From Catajapyx aquilonaris (taxonomy: Eukaryota), in the NCBI GenBank assembly GCA_000934665.2, contig JYFJ02000239.1, forward strand, positions 1-64,000: a stretch of DNA of 64,000 bases. The letters are read 5' to 3'. Shown piece by piece: positions 1 to 12,350 of the stretch. The notes under the pieces are model-generated. The model made no database searches. It was given only the letters and a program-made list of their open reading frames with translations, and was not told where the DNA came from. Numbering within the stretch: the first letter of the stretch is position 1; every line of letters begins with the position of its first letter. The translations under genes were made by a program, and so were the position numbers.

Positions 1-93
1 GGTAAGTACATGTCCATTTTCATCGGGAACCATACCATAGTTAAAAAGTTATTGAGGAATGTTTGGGTTTCCATTCTAGAGAATCACCCTGTA
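1..93. mobile_element. Right end of a TA-CAGGGTG (Tc1/mariner-like) MITE truncated by the window edge
   Basis: CACCCTGTA at 85-93 is the same terminus as the complete element at 12760-12966. Confidence 0.4.
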
Positions 94-190
94 GAATCAA
101 TAAAACAAAACACCCTAAAAGAAAATGTTTAGGAATAGTAATTGTAGAGCTTTCGATTTCTTTTTCCTGTGCACTACTGGATAAAACAGC

Positions 191-296
191 CTTGTAACCT
201 GGCAAGCAGTGTCAAGCAATCAGACAAACAGGAGCAAATGTAAGTGTCTGCATGAAACAACTCATGCTCAAGCATGCTTCCACCCTTGCATTGGCA
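191..296 (-). CDS. Possible further USP40 exon (CQCKGGSMLEHELFHADTYICSCLSDCLTLLARLQ); boundaries uncertain
   Basis: Open frame after CAAGCAG at 297-303, in phase with the donor at 435. It requires skipping a nearer AG at 304-305. The donor is weak (GT at 197-198 or GC at 189-190). Confidence 0.35.
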
Positions 297-434
297 CTGC
301 TTGCTGGAGTACAAAGCAGGTTTTTTTCTCCCTTCCTCCAGCAGTGTACAATTGTTAAAAATGGTCAAAAGTTAGTCAAATATAGAAATCCACTACATTT
401 TAATTCCGATATCCATCACACCCACGTGCCTCAC

Positions 435-3400
435 CTGCATCCTGAGAACATTCTTCTCATCCTTCCAGTCCAATATCAGCTTTCCACCATGGGAGAAACC
501 TGCCTGTGTCAAAGTGAGACCATCTTTGGACATGTCCATCTCTTTGCAATCCTCCTTCATGTTGTCCTTATCCCCTTCTCCACTATCTGGATCCACATAG
601 GAAAGCAGAGACTGCCCAGGGCTGCCCATGCCAGCCAAGGAGGAGAGTTCCGTCCTGAGGTTCCCCACAGTCATGGACCGTCGGAATCCAGAGCTCACCT
701 CGATGGCTGTGCCTTCCAGCTGGGCAACTGTCACATGCAGGAGAATGGGCTCATGATCACCACCCGACTGATACCTGACACCATCCACCTGTGCAGGAGT
801 AAACAATCGAAATTAAAATCAATTATAAAACCAGAATCCTGGAAACAGATCCAAGTGTGTACTTTTGAAATTAATTAAATATCTTCCTGAAACTGTGTCT
901 TGCCAGTAGCAAACCATTTGACTTAAATAGAGATCATGACAAAAAAATTCATTACTCTCATGTTACTGTTTCAAGTTCTAAAATGCAATTCCCAGTCTTC
1001 CCAATCCCTGCCATTAATTTCGTTTTCTCGTAATGAGTTTCAAATGTGCAATTGGGTATGGCCATGGGTGTGGCAAAATTACAAAATTGCAGCCTCAAAT
1101 ACAAAATATCCTCATGACCTTCTTTTCCTGCCATTAAATATGAAATCCCTCAACATTTACGTTAGAGCAACATCATAATCAAAAAATTAAGAAAGTAGAT
1201 AGTTGACAGTCCTTACGTCAAGACCATTCCATAAAAACAGCATAGTCCCAGTCCCGATGCCAAGTTCTTTGAGAGTCAAGTCACTCTCATCCAGATTCTG
1301 GTATAGGTGATATCCGCATACAGTCTCTCGACAAATATTCAGGCAGAAGGGGCTAGGGCAGGCATCTTTGTATTTCTGGAGAAAAAAAATCACCAACATA
1401 TCAGTTACAGCAGTTCCAAAATATGGCACATCTGCTTTCCTTTGACGACATGAAAGGTGTTACATCAATAGAATTATTCCTGTCCCTCTCACCTTCTTGA
1501 TCAAGCACCTCAACTCAGAGGCTGGAATCCTCTGGTCGATGGCCATGACATCAACTGGGTCTGGCTGATCATTCCCTACATCACTGGATATCCTACGGAT
1601 AGCCCCACCTTCAACTGTATATCCAGTGGTGTTCATAATCTTCACTGTAATCTGGTTGATGTACTGTTCATGCTTCTCCCTCTTTTCTCTCAGAATCCGG
1701 TTCTCCTCATCCACCATTTTCTTGAGGTGAAGGGGAACGCCAGCTGCAGGGCCTGCTTCATTTTTCTCCACTTTCAGAGGCCCATTACTTTCCCCATCAC
1801 TCATTAGGCCGCAAATACCATCTTCTTTTCTCAAGCGGTAAAACAGCATGTAAGCCGATTCTTTGCCAGAAAACTGCCTAGACACGTCCTCTGCACAAAT
1901 GCATGAAATGTTTGCATCATTGAGATCAAACCAGTGCTCCACCACTTGGTGTTTCTGCGAGTTGTGGTGTGAGCCCACACCGTTTGTACCATTTACTGCT
2001 GGGAAGCAATTCAATGCTGGAGCTGTCATCTGAAAAATTAAAAATGATCTATGAAATTTGGCAACCTTTAGAGATGAGCATAGATATCAGGTGCATGCAC
2101 AATGCTGCAAATAATTATTGCAAAAACTTATATGCTGCATGCAAGGAAGCATGTGAAACAAAATTTATAGGAGGGAAAAAAATCCAAAGCATTGGAACCC
2201 ACCGTTATCTCCCCATTGAGCTTTCCATGGCCCATGGAGCTGTTTGCCGACTGCTTCTGAGCAGCCTTCTGAGAAGAACTCCGGGTGTTCCTTAGAGATT
2301 TCCTCACAGGCTTCTCCTCTGGCATCTTTTCAGCCCCTCCTTTTTGTTTCTCTACAGCTTCCTGTGCCTGTGCCTCAGCCTTGGCGGCAGCAGCTTCATC
2401 AGATGCCTTGGCTGCTGCTTCATCTGCTGCCTTGGCAACTGCCCTCACATGGTCCATCAGAGCATTGGCTGCATCCTCCTGGAGGCTCACACTGCCCTTT
2501 TCCAGGTCCCTCTTAAATACCTCAGGGTGAGCATCCAAGAACTTCGTTATGGGACCCCAGTGACGCTTGAATTTCCGGTTCCAAGGTGCACCACTCCAAC
2601 GGCTTATCTGACTAAGGAGCTGATCCACTGCCAAGGTACTGGACAAAAAACATTTACACATGAATAACTCACATAATATGTAACTGAATCACATCAACAG
2701 GTAATTGAATCACTAATTCCAGTATCAACAGCATTCCACAATTATTGAAGGGCCCTCTGAAATAACCCGGTACTTAGGACTTTTTTCCAGAGTTTTAAAG
2801 AGAAAAGCCTATAAACCAGGTAAGTCCCCATTGTCCACAATGCAGAGAACCCTTTTTTGCAGTAACAAGATATGTGGACTTACCGGTTTATAAGATTTTC
2901 TCTTTAAAACTCTGGAAAAAAGTCCTAAGTGTACATACCTGGTTATTTCAGAGAGCCCTTCAATTAAATTAATATGCTTGCAAAATATTATATGAAGTAG
3001 AAAAGTTGCACCCCCTTCAGCTAGATATGGTTGGAGCAGCTTTCATTTATCAACGTTCAGGTTATTCTTGGCTATGGTGCAGTTACCATCCATGAGCAGT
3101 TGGTGAGAGCATTGGCTCTCTTCCATTGTGTACCGTCCAACACTGCTAGCCAAAGCTTCTTTCAGCAGAGGGCAAGATGAAAGGCTCTTCCATCACTTCA
3201 GATCTGGTAGACCTCCACAGCATCATTCCATCACTGTAGCCACTTAATGTTGCATGCAAGAAATCCAGCAATGGACAACACAGGAGCTTAAGTGTGGGAT
3301 AAGTCAGGGCGCTATGCTAGTCACGGACTCTGAAAGACATGTAACTCAGGAAGTTGGCATCAAAATGGATTCATCACCATCTCTCTGAGGTGCAAAAGCC

Positions 3401-6400
3401 CTCACCAAGAAACATTTGGAACGTTTATTAACCAGATTGTGATGATGGATGGTCATACGATCTGACTGGTCCCACACTAAAAAAAAAGATTCCCTGTGTT
3501 GTTCAACCCTGAGTTTCCTGCATGCAATGTCCAATGGCTCCAGTGATGGAAAGATACTGTGTAGGTCTACCAGATCTGAAGGGATTGCGAAGCTTTTCAT
3601 TTCGCCCTCTGCTGATGGAAGCTTTGGCGCAGTGTTAGTTGGTGCACAATGGCAGACCACTGATGACAACTACAGCTCTCTCAGCAACATGGATGGCAAT
3701 AGCAAGAAATACAAACAATGACTTATGAATAACACCATGTAAATGCATAATTTTTGATGCTTCAGAACTATTTCCTAGTTTTGCAGAGCACCACTGTAAG
3801 AAGTACTACCATGGGCAGATACTTCAGATCATTAGATTACACACCTACTGGTGATAAAAACACAATCACGTACTCAATTTGGAACATTTATGGCACAGGA
3901 ATGTACAGTCCCGCTCATAAAGAATGGTACGACTCTATGGACGAAATGTTTATCCTGATTACCGAGCATTATTTCCAACCTTAATTCGACAAAACCCTAT
4001 GGACCACCTTTTCTGGACCTCTGGTGACTCATATGACCTATACCGATTTTTAAATAAAAATTTTAATGACCAAAATGTTCAACCCGATGCAATGCCTATG
4101 TAGATTTGATGTGAATTTCCCCCCTAAAATTTTCCTACTTAGCTTTGTTTTTCTCTTCTCTTTTCTATTTTATTTTGATTCCCTTTTCCCTGACTTCCTC
4201 ATGACCCCTAAAAACATGCTGGCGACCCAGGGGTTGGGAACAGAATAAACATTTCGTCCACGTAGAGTCGTACCATTCTTTATGAACGGTACTGTACACT
4301 CTAATTCATGTGCAACTTGAAGATAGAAATTTATTATAATTTTTCCTGGTCTTAGGTTTTTGACTTTAAATCAGGGCGGTGACCGAAAAAATAATGCCTT
4401 GGAGTTCAGACATCTTGTGAACATTCCTGGCCATATTTCAGCATTTTTAAAGGTCCTTTTCAAGGTCCACAGTTTCAAGATATCAGAAATGTTCACCCAA
4501 GGCAAAAAAATAAAAATAAATAAATAATAATAATAATAAAATGTGTGAACCAGCATGACTTGAGATGTTTGAAGTCACACTTTTACCACTTAAAAATGTG
4601 GCATAACTCATGATTACACCAGTCAGTCAGTTAATAGCTTTATTTTTATTTGGTTGGCCTACCACAACAGCCACTTCGCCAACCAAAGCAGTGTGCAACA
4701 CTTCATCATCATAATATCACAAATGTCCCAAAAAAACATCTCAACACATCTGTACACATCAAAAGCATCATAAAAAAACATCATCACAAAAGAAATTCTC
4801 CTCTATTTCGCAAAAATGTAATAAAAGAAATTGCACAAGACATCCTAGTACAACACACTATTGCTTTCTCAACACCCACCCTCGTCACTATCATCTTGCC
4901 AACCAGCCAGTTCTTCTCTCCACCTCTTTTGCCCACCACTTTTAACATCTAGCAACATCGAATACATCTCCTCTAAATCTTTCACTCCTTCCAGACCCTG
5001 AACCCGTAACAACCTCTCTCTATCCATGGCCCTGCAATGTCTATATGTATCAGACCCTCCTCATCCTCCCCATACAAATAACATTTTCTTTTCCCGTCCC
5101 CTAGCCACCTCCAATTCCTTCTGGTGATCGTTCCATATCTCAGCTTTGCTAGGACCTTGAGGAATTTAACGTTGTCCCTTTTCAAGTAGCCCTCTTCCCC
5201 TGGCTCCTTTTTAAGGTACTTATAGTCTGTCCAATTCTCTGAGGCATTTATTCTGACCCACCTTACTGCAACCTCTCTGTCTTTTAGCTCATTCAGCAAT
5301 CCTATCCTCTTTTCCTCCCAAGTCTTCCTCTGCCACTCTTCGTCATCTTCAACACACCATTCCCTTTACTTTTTTTTTTACTAAGTCCTTCCACCATAAC
5401 TGATTTCCCCCGCTCAGCCTTATCATCTCCATCCATATCTTCCCCAACGGAGTGCTTGATCCATACTCTCAATTTTGGCCATTCATTGTAATGCCCTGCC
5501 TATTGCCACCACCTCCAGCATATCTGTTTCCCTACAGGCTGAAACAGATATGCTGGAGGATTTATTTTATTCCATTTTGGAGATGTGCAGATAATCCAAA
5601 ACACGGATAATTCTGCACCTGGATAATCAGGAGTACAGTGCATATCAATGCTTGAAATTTCTGAAGAGGCAAAAGCTGGAAAAAAAATCTTATTCAGGAT
5701 TGTCACGGGGGGAAAAAAAGTTTGTTGGTGGTTTACTGAGACTTCCAAGATACCACGCTCACAGCAACATATTATTGTGCCCTGCATGCCCTGTAATTTT
5801 TAGGGAATGTTTAAGAGAGTATTTAGGAGATAGTGGATAATACCATCATGCAAATTTTGAAGTTTTTAAAAGAGGATATCCAAAGTCTAAAGCTGAGATA
5901 CATGAAATCTGACATATCTGGTGTTGCAGGCAACCATTTTTAATACTGCTGGTATAGCTGGAGTTAAAGGTTATTAATTGGACTGTAAAAAAAAAACTAA
6001 ACAAAAAAGTATATCATTGCAAAATGCTGAAATTGGCACTTGAAGCCTGCACTCACTGATCATTATCACATGCTCAACTTTAGTGCATGAACCCTTAGTA
6101 ATACTGGACGTAAGGTGTAAGCCATGCAACAGGTGTTCATGCATGTCAATGTAAACTTCACACTTGTTCCCTCCAACTTCTGAATGTGACTCAGTTGTAC
6201 TATCAGCACAATATTATTCTGAACACTTTCACATGCTCTTCTTAGGAGTGTGTGCAATAATATTACTGTGTTGATAGTACCTAGAAAACAACCTGCTGCA
6301 ACCTGAGGCATAAAGATGCGTTTACATGTTGGCGATTTGATGGCACGATGTCATCACCAAGCGGCGCATCGCTGAGTAAACTGAGTAACCAATATTGTTT

Positions 6401-9400
6401 GAGGTGAAAGTAACAATTGATTTTCGCCTCAAACAATACTGGTTCCTCGGGTTATTCAGCGATGGACCACTTGGCAATGACATCTCGCGATCAAATCGCT
6501 CACATGTAAGTGCACATTAAAGCCTCATGCAGTCCATTCTAAATGCTGTGGAACACCCACCTGTCGGGCTGCTGCACCAATATTACGGCAACAAGATCAA
6601 TGGGGGTCCCACACAGCACGTAGTCTACACGTCCTGCATCAGCCACTGGAAATACAATAGGCTCATCCTCCGGAGGAGCCCACCGCCCCAGACCCTCGAT
6701 GTCATGTATGTAGGCATGGTAATGGCCCCCATGGCTACTGCCTTGATGGATTATGACAGAGAAGAGGTCATACACCCAGTCCCCCTCCGCTCGGCCCAAG
6801 AAGACTGACATGTCCAGCTCATGGGGGAAGCTGAACTTGCACGTTTCCTTATAGCGCTCAAAGCGGACACGGTCGTAGTTGAACCTCATCAGGGAGACTG
6901 TTAGTATCGGTGGAAGGCTGCGCAGCTTTGTGCCCTATTTGGTGAGCAAAAAAGTGTGAGCGAGGTACATCTTAATTTGTTTGTAACTTAAAATTACGTC
7001 CCCCAAGATAATACAGGGTGCTTCTCTGGCCAGTTTGACAATCTAAGGGCCGGTTTCACCGAGCTCAGTATATGATAAAACCAGGGTATTTCTCAAAATC
7101 CCTATCTATTTGTATGGATTTTCCTAAAGAAACCTGGTTTTATCATATACCAAGCTCGGTGAAACCGGCCCTAAGAGGGGGTTTGGGAAAAAATTGATGG
7201 ATTACTATTCACCTATGCAATGTAAAAAAGTATTGGGAGCTGATTATCATCACGTGTTCTCCCATATCTGATAATCAATGCTGATAAGGCCACGTTAAGT
7301 CTATAAAATTAATTGTGAAAGGTCTGGCACATGAATGGGACGCACAAAATTTTAGCCTCAAGGCTACATCACTGTCTGGTCCCCCTCATAGATGAGGCCA
7401 ATGACCCAGCAGCAAACTCCTTTCCAAAAACAAACACATCCTTCACCTTTTTGGCATCCACAAGCTGCTTGCAACCCTCACATCTGTACTGGTTGTTTCC
7501 ACTCATCATCTCCGTTTCCAAAAAGCTGCTTCGTAGGCTGTCCTCCAATGTTTGGTTGCTCTTGACCACTACATTCAGGTCGAAGAAACTGTCCTCCCGC
7601 TCACTAACCCTTCCACACTGGGTACATGTGATCTGGTTGACGGCCATGCCATGGTACAGACTGGAGATGAGGTCCACTCCAGTGGTGCCTTTAAGTGACT
7701 GCTCCATGGCATTGAAAAGAATTCTTGTGAGCTCCTGTACATCCTGGTGCTCCAGCTCCTCGTTATTGGACCACCCAAAACTCCCAGTCAGTTCCACTGT
7801 TGACACGGCACGTAGGTCAGCCAGCATCAACCTGGCAAACAAGCGCTGCAACTGGAGGGGGATCACTCGAACCTTAGCAGTCAGGATATCCTTATCCTCA
7901 ATGCGACCCAGCTCAGCCGGGGAGAGACGGAACAGGGCTTCTGCAAGGTGTCACATTAAAGCTGCTTAGAAAAATGCCATTAAAAATTACAGCATAAACC
8001 AGTCATTATCATACATCAGTGGAATACCATTTGTGTAGAGCAGGACTATGCAACAAAAATGGTGCAACAGCACAGTCAAAATATGAGGTCATAGGGAAAT
8101 ATGTGATACTGGCCATTATGTCTCTAACTCCCATTGAAGTGATATTCACAGTAAATCATGTTGGGATTGCAAGGTCCACAGTTGCACAGTACAAGTTTAT
8201 GCGTCATGGTTAATTTCATGTAAAACCGAATATTGCACCTTCTTTTCCTTAGCCCATAAAAACTTCAAAAATATATTTTAAATTGAAGCTTGAAACAGCT
8301 TATGCGCCCCTATTTTACTCAATTAATCTGTCTTTTCAAGTGTCTAGCAACGCTTATGTACACCCACGGCTACTGACAAGTATTGACAGTTGATTAAATT
8401 AATTTGACATTAGGATGAGACATCTAATAATGGAGGCACTTCAAGAGGAAATATGAATTAAACTGCCACCAATAAAAATTTTCCTTATGTATTGAGATTA
8501 GGCAGATATGGTAATAAATCTAGACACACATTGCAGGAAAGTCACAATTATAATGTTCACATCATTACGAGATACAAAGAAGCATTCTGGTCTGCCATTT
8601 GCATACTGTTGACAATCTGTTATCCGAAATTATGGCATGTAAAAGTTCCGAAAACAAAGTATTTTCATGAAGGTAATTTGACTGGAATCACAAAACAATG
8701 AAGTTCAGAAAGTGTTCATGACAAACTGATGGAATTATTCATGTACCAGGATCCTCAATCTAAGGTAATGTGTCTTTGCCACACATATATTGCATACAGG
8801 AACTCATTTAACGTTGGCGGATTGACCTATAACTCGTATAGTACATCATAGCAACACAGTACGTACCTTTAACAAATCAAAATACAATAAAATCAGAATT
8901 CAAAAGTTGTCTGGGCTCAAGGTTTTCGGATGTACGAGATTATCAACTGTACTGTTCTCCTGCTACCATTACAATAATTCACACTTTAATCGTTTACATC
9001 TTGGGGCTTCCTGAATCAAATGCAATTCAATTACATATATTGAAGTACATAAACTTTGCTGTCATTGCTGACATTTACAGCTCTGGTTAACATATATGCA
9101 ATATTTCAATATGTAGCTCATATTGGTGAGTAAGGATGCTGAGATGTTAAGTTGGTACTCCTGTGTCTACCCATATATGAGCTTGTTAGAAGAACCAAAA
9201 GCACATTCATCAAATTCATGACTGTCAATAGCTTTAAAACAAATCACGTGACAATTGTATGAGCATACTGTTATGCTAATAATAATAATGAAACTAATCT
9301 AATATATATATATAATTTCTGCCTAAAGTGCTTAGACCTCACAGGGCATAAATCTACCCCTGCAGTTCAACAATATGACCAATGAAAATTAATATCTGGT

Positions 9401-11316
9401 TGTTTTGGCATCAGAACTGAGATGCATGCCCTTTCTGTTTAAACCCCCTGATCATATTGCACACCATATCCTACCAACAACTAACAAACAAAAAATGCTA
9501 CTGATAACCTTTGCAGAAGTTTTCTTGACACCATGCACTTGTTATAACAACATGCTATACTTTATGGGCAAAATATGGCAGGAAATTACTTCCGGAAATG
9601 ATCTTGAACTGATGGAGAGAAAGAAAAAACCTTCAATGTGGTTAAACAAAGTCATGCTGATTGACAAGATTGTAATTATCAGCAGTGTCATGGTGTGCAC
9701 CCTTATATTCAAAAAATGCATACAACCCCACTGCACAGTATAAGGTCACTAACCCAACGAAAAGATCAAGAGGGGGTCTTTCTGAGGATATTCCTTATCA
9801 AGAATGAGCTTTGGAATCACAGTATTACTTTTTTGATAAATTACTTACTAATTCAGAAATTCAACCCTGGCCATCGAAATTTTTTACACTACATGGGCTC
9901 TACTTGCTACTGCTTTGGTATTAAATATGTCAGGTGAATCTTATGAGCAGCTTATGAGAATATCCATTGTCAACAGTGTAATTGAAACTGTTCTTCCAGT
10001 GTAATGAAAAAGTCAAGGCAATACCAATGCTATTTTCTCAAAGTTATTAGTGATACATACTTGCATACTACTGTTTCAGTCCATCAGTTCAACTTCAGAC
10101 ATTGCACATGAAAGGACAAAGAAACATGCAAATAGCTGTTTCTTGGCTGGTATTTTCTGTAAATTTCTACTGGAAAAATTCTGCTGCATCGAGATGTATT
10201 TAATACGAATGAACCCATACTAAGCAGATATGGAAATAAAAACATTCCAGAAATTAATGTTGAAACATTAAACAATTCAATAATCTGGACCAACATATGC
10301 ACGAACGCATAATAAATAATAAAAATGGCAATTTGGTGCTTTTACAAAACATGTCAGATTGCAATGTGGCCTGTCGACACAACATATTGCTCAGCCAATT
10401 TGTAAAATACTCTGTGGAAATTTTAAGCGTTAAGGGTTCATTTACGTAAGTAAAGAGCTATAGCCATGAATAACATGCTGTTATTTTATGCATTTACAAG
10501 TGGAAAATTGAACAAATTTGCCTACAGCCTTCTCTGCAACCAAATTATGATTATTATACCCTGTCCTCCTGCAATTTTGCCAACTTATTTTTCACTAACG
10601 ACACTACAATCAACTGCGGAAAAATTGGCAACTACATTCACACCAACCAGCAAAGTGCTCAAAACGTAACAATCAATGCGGTTCATAGTTGACAACAATG
10701 AAAGTGTCCACTATCCCGTCACTTTTCCATCCAAAAAATTATTTCCCAGCTTACGACTAGGCCCGAACACATCAATAATCCAGGCTCCACATTTTATAAA
10801 TTATTATTATTAATTATTTCATAATTATTTTGCATCCCCATGACACTACCCTGTTTAAAAAAAAATACTGTCCACTGTAAAGAGTCCTCCTGTTGCACAA
10901 TGTTATTTTCCTTCCCCATCTTGGTGCCCTGTCACCATCACTAGTGACAAACCCCCAGTGCTTTTTGCCCTACCCGCATCACCTGTCAATGTCACGACCT
11001 ATTAATCCCCCCCCACCCCAGACGCACGTGTTCTATATCCGATTTTTTTTTAAACGAATTTATATAATATATAAAATATGAGCTCACCTCTGAATTCGGG
11101 AGTCAAGAAGAGCGTCTGAAGCAAAGAGTTGAGATAGCACGTGGCCCCCTGGTTCTCGATCCCGCACAATCCGACCTGGGGGCGGCCCGGGGGCGGAGGC
11201 GACCCGGGCGACTCCTCCTCTGCCTGCTGAGGATCCGCAGGGGCAGTGGGATCAGCCGCAGCCCCTCCATTCGAGGCCGGATCCCCGTTGGTCTCGTTGA
11301 AAAGATTCCCGAACAT
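435..11316 (-). CDS. USP40: Ubiquitin carboxyl-terminal hydrolase 40-like; 3' part continues beyond the window start. Exons: 11316-11088, 7940-7447, 6934-6561, 2638-2203, 2029-1493, 1375-1217, 788-435 (861 codons in window)
   Basis: Starts MFGNLF. Cys box [28 protein letters not shown], then [39 protein letters not shown], His box [18 protein letters not shown], and WFDLND...[13 protein letters not shown]. These match the USP40 pattern as I recall it, including the long insert between the His box and WFDLND. All six junctions are GT-AG and phase-consistent. Confidence 0.92.
2745..2963. mobile_element. Foldback MITE, Harbinger/Tourist-like
   Basis: About 85-bp inverted arms (TTGAAGGGCCCTCTGAAATAACC...GGTTATTTCAGAGAGCCCTTCAA; TTAGGACTTTTTTCCAGAGTTTTAAAGAGAAAA mirrored). 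TTA flanks both sides (2742-2744, 2964-2966). Confidence 0.8.
3064..3710. mobile_element. Old, diverged foldback element with about 250-bp arms
   Basis: Left CCAAAGCTTCTTTCAGCAGAGGGC...TTCAGATCTGGTAGACCTCCACAG...TTGCATGCAAG...AGTGTGGGA matches the reverse complement of 3465-3630 (CCAAAGCTTCCATCAGCAGAGGGC...TTCAGATCTGGTAGACCTACACAG...TTGCATGCAGG...AGTGTGGGA). Ends approximate. Confidence 0.7.
3906..4294. mobile_element. Tc1/mariner-type MITE with TA TSD
   Basis: TA|CAGTCCCGCTCATAAAGAATGGTACGACTCTA..TGGACGAAATGTTTAT pairs with ATAAACATTTCGTCCACGTAGAGTCGTACCATTCTTTATGAACGGTACTG|TA, giving about 50-bp terminal inverted repeats (TIRs). Confidence 0.85.
4620..5500 (-). mobile_element. 5'-truncated, decayed non-LTR retrotransposon (LINE ORF2 C-terminus plus 3' UTR)
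   Basis: ORF 4982-5299 ...YL...KVLAKLRYG...W....[17 protein letters not shown] resembles the degenerate C-terminal CCHC region of LINE ORF2; there are stops/frameshifts upstream. The minus-strand 3' end has AATAAAAATAAA followed by a short (ACTG)n tail at 4620-4650. Confidence 0.7.
5512..5559. repeat. Perfect 19-bp-stem hairpin
   Basis: CCTCCAGCATATCTGTTTC - 10 nt loop - GAAACAGATATGCTGGAGG. Confidence 0.9.
6314..6517. mobile_element. Harbinger/Tourist-like foldback MITE, TAA TSD
   Basis: TAA|AGATGCGTTTACATGTTGGCGATTTGAT...ATCAAATCGCTCACATGTAAGTGCACAT|TAA; imperfect pairing runs over the whole length. Confidence 0.8.
7047..7171. mobile_element. Harbinger/Tourist-like MITE, TAA TSD
   Basis: TAA|GGGCCGGTTTCACCGAGCT...AGCTCGGTGAAACCGGCCC|TAA, perfect 19-bp TIR plus an internal TATATGATAAAACCAGG mirror. 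Confidence 0.9.
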
Positions 11317-11639
11317 ATCCCTCCTCAGCAGCACCGTATCTGGGCCATATCCCTACCACACAAAATGGCACTTCCAAAGGGGTAAAAGGGGGGAGCTGCT
11401 ATCCCGCCTTGTGTAGTATGGAAGGGGAATATAGAGGGATACGGTATGTAGGCAAAGGTTGGGGATTCTCTTGAGGGTCGGTTCGGGTCAGCTCAGGGTC
11501 TAGATAGGGTTCCAAATGTACGGGAAATCGGGTTCGGGGCAGGGGTTGGGCCCAACTGCAGGCAGACGAGATGGCGAAGAACGCTCAGGGATAATGGATA
11601 TAGGGCTGGGTGTATAGTAGAGAGGAGGGGGACTGCCCG

Positions 11640-11823
11640 TATCGATACTTTAAATGCATATCGATACACCCGCACACGGCATGAACCGGCTGGGATTCAG
11701 CCGAAAAGCGGCTGCAACCACCCGTGCATACACGCACCCAAATGTACCGCACACATGCACCCACCCACAGTACATCCCAACCCTTCTTAATCACATGTGA
11801 ACAACCCATAACGTGTATCGATA
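11640..11823. promoter_or_regulatory. Three DRE (TATCGATA) motifs in the USP40 upstream region
   Basis: Exact TATCGATA at 11640-11647, 11659-11666 and 11816-11823, inside a GC/CpG-rich block 320-510 bp upstream of the ATG. Confidence 0.6.
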
Positions 11824-12350
11824 CCCCCGTATCGCGCAATGGGCGGAAGGGACCCAAGCTCCCCTATGCTGTTGCGTGCTGTAATAGCGGAGAGCTAGAG
11901 AAGTGGGGTTGGCTACACTGCCAGAGGAGGGGGGGATGCCGGAAAGATGGCGGATGAGGGGGGACATGTGGTTTTGGCGCGCTTTTTTGTGCGGATGCCG
12001 GCCGGCTTTCGGGGTTGGGGGTTAGGGAAGGGAAGGCCCCGGATTGGTCTCGGTGCGTGGGGTCCTCAGGTTGCGTGATGGTGGGAAGGAAGGGGGTTTG
12101 GACAAGTTTGTAGGCAGAGGCGGATATATGGAAGGACCCAAAATATGGATAGGCAGAAAAAAAAACCTTCCTGAAAAGTAGAGTGGGTATGCCCAATCTG
12201 AATGAAATCAATGATATACCTGATTGCATTTAAACAGTTGTCCTTGGGAATGTCCTTCCTTATCCAGACGGATTATCTTGTTCACAGGGTGAGTATAGCT
12301 GACAGGATAAAACCTTGATAAAACATACCAGTTGTGGAAACTGCAAGAGC

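Noticed and set aside
252..878. Long plus-strand ORFs 252-878, 2244-2667, 6527-6808 and 7331-7969
   Set aside because: They are antisense shadows of USP40 exons, with no recognisable domains.
3346..3721. Overlapping ORFs of 107 and 90 aa
   Set aside because: They lie in the arm of a foldback element and have no motif.
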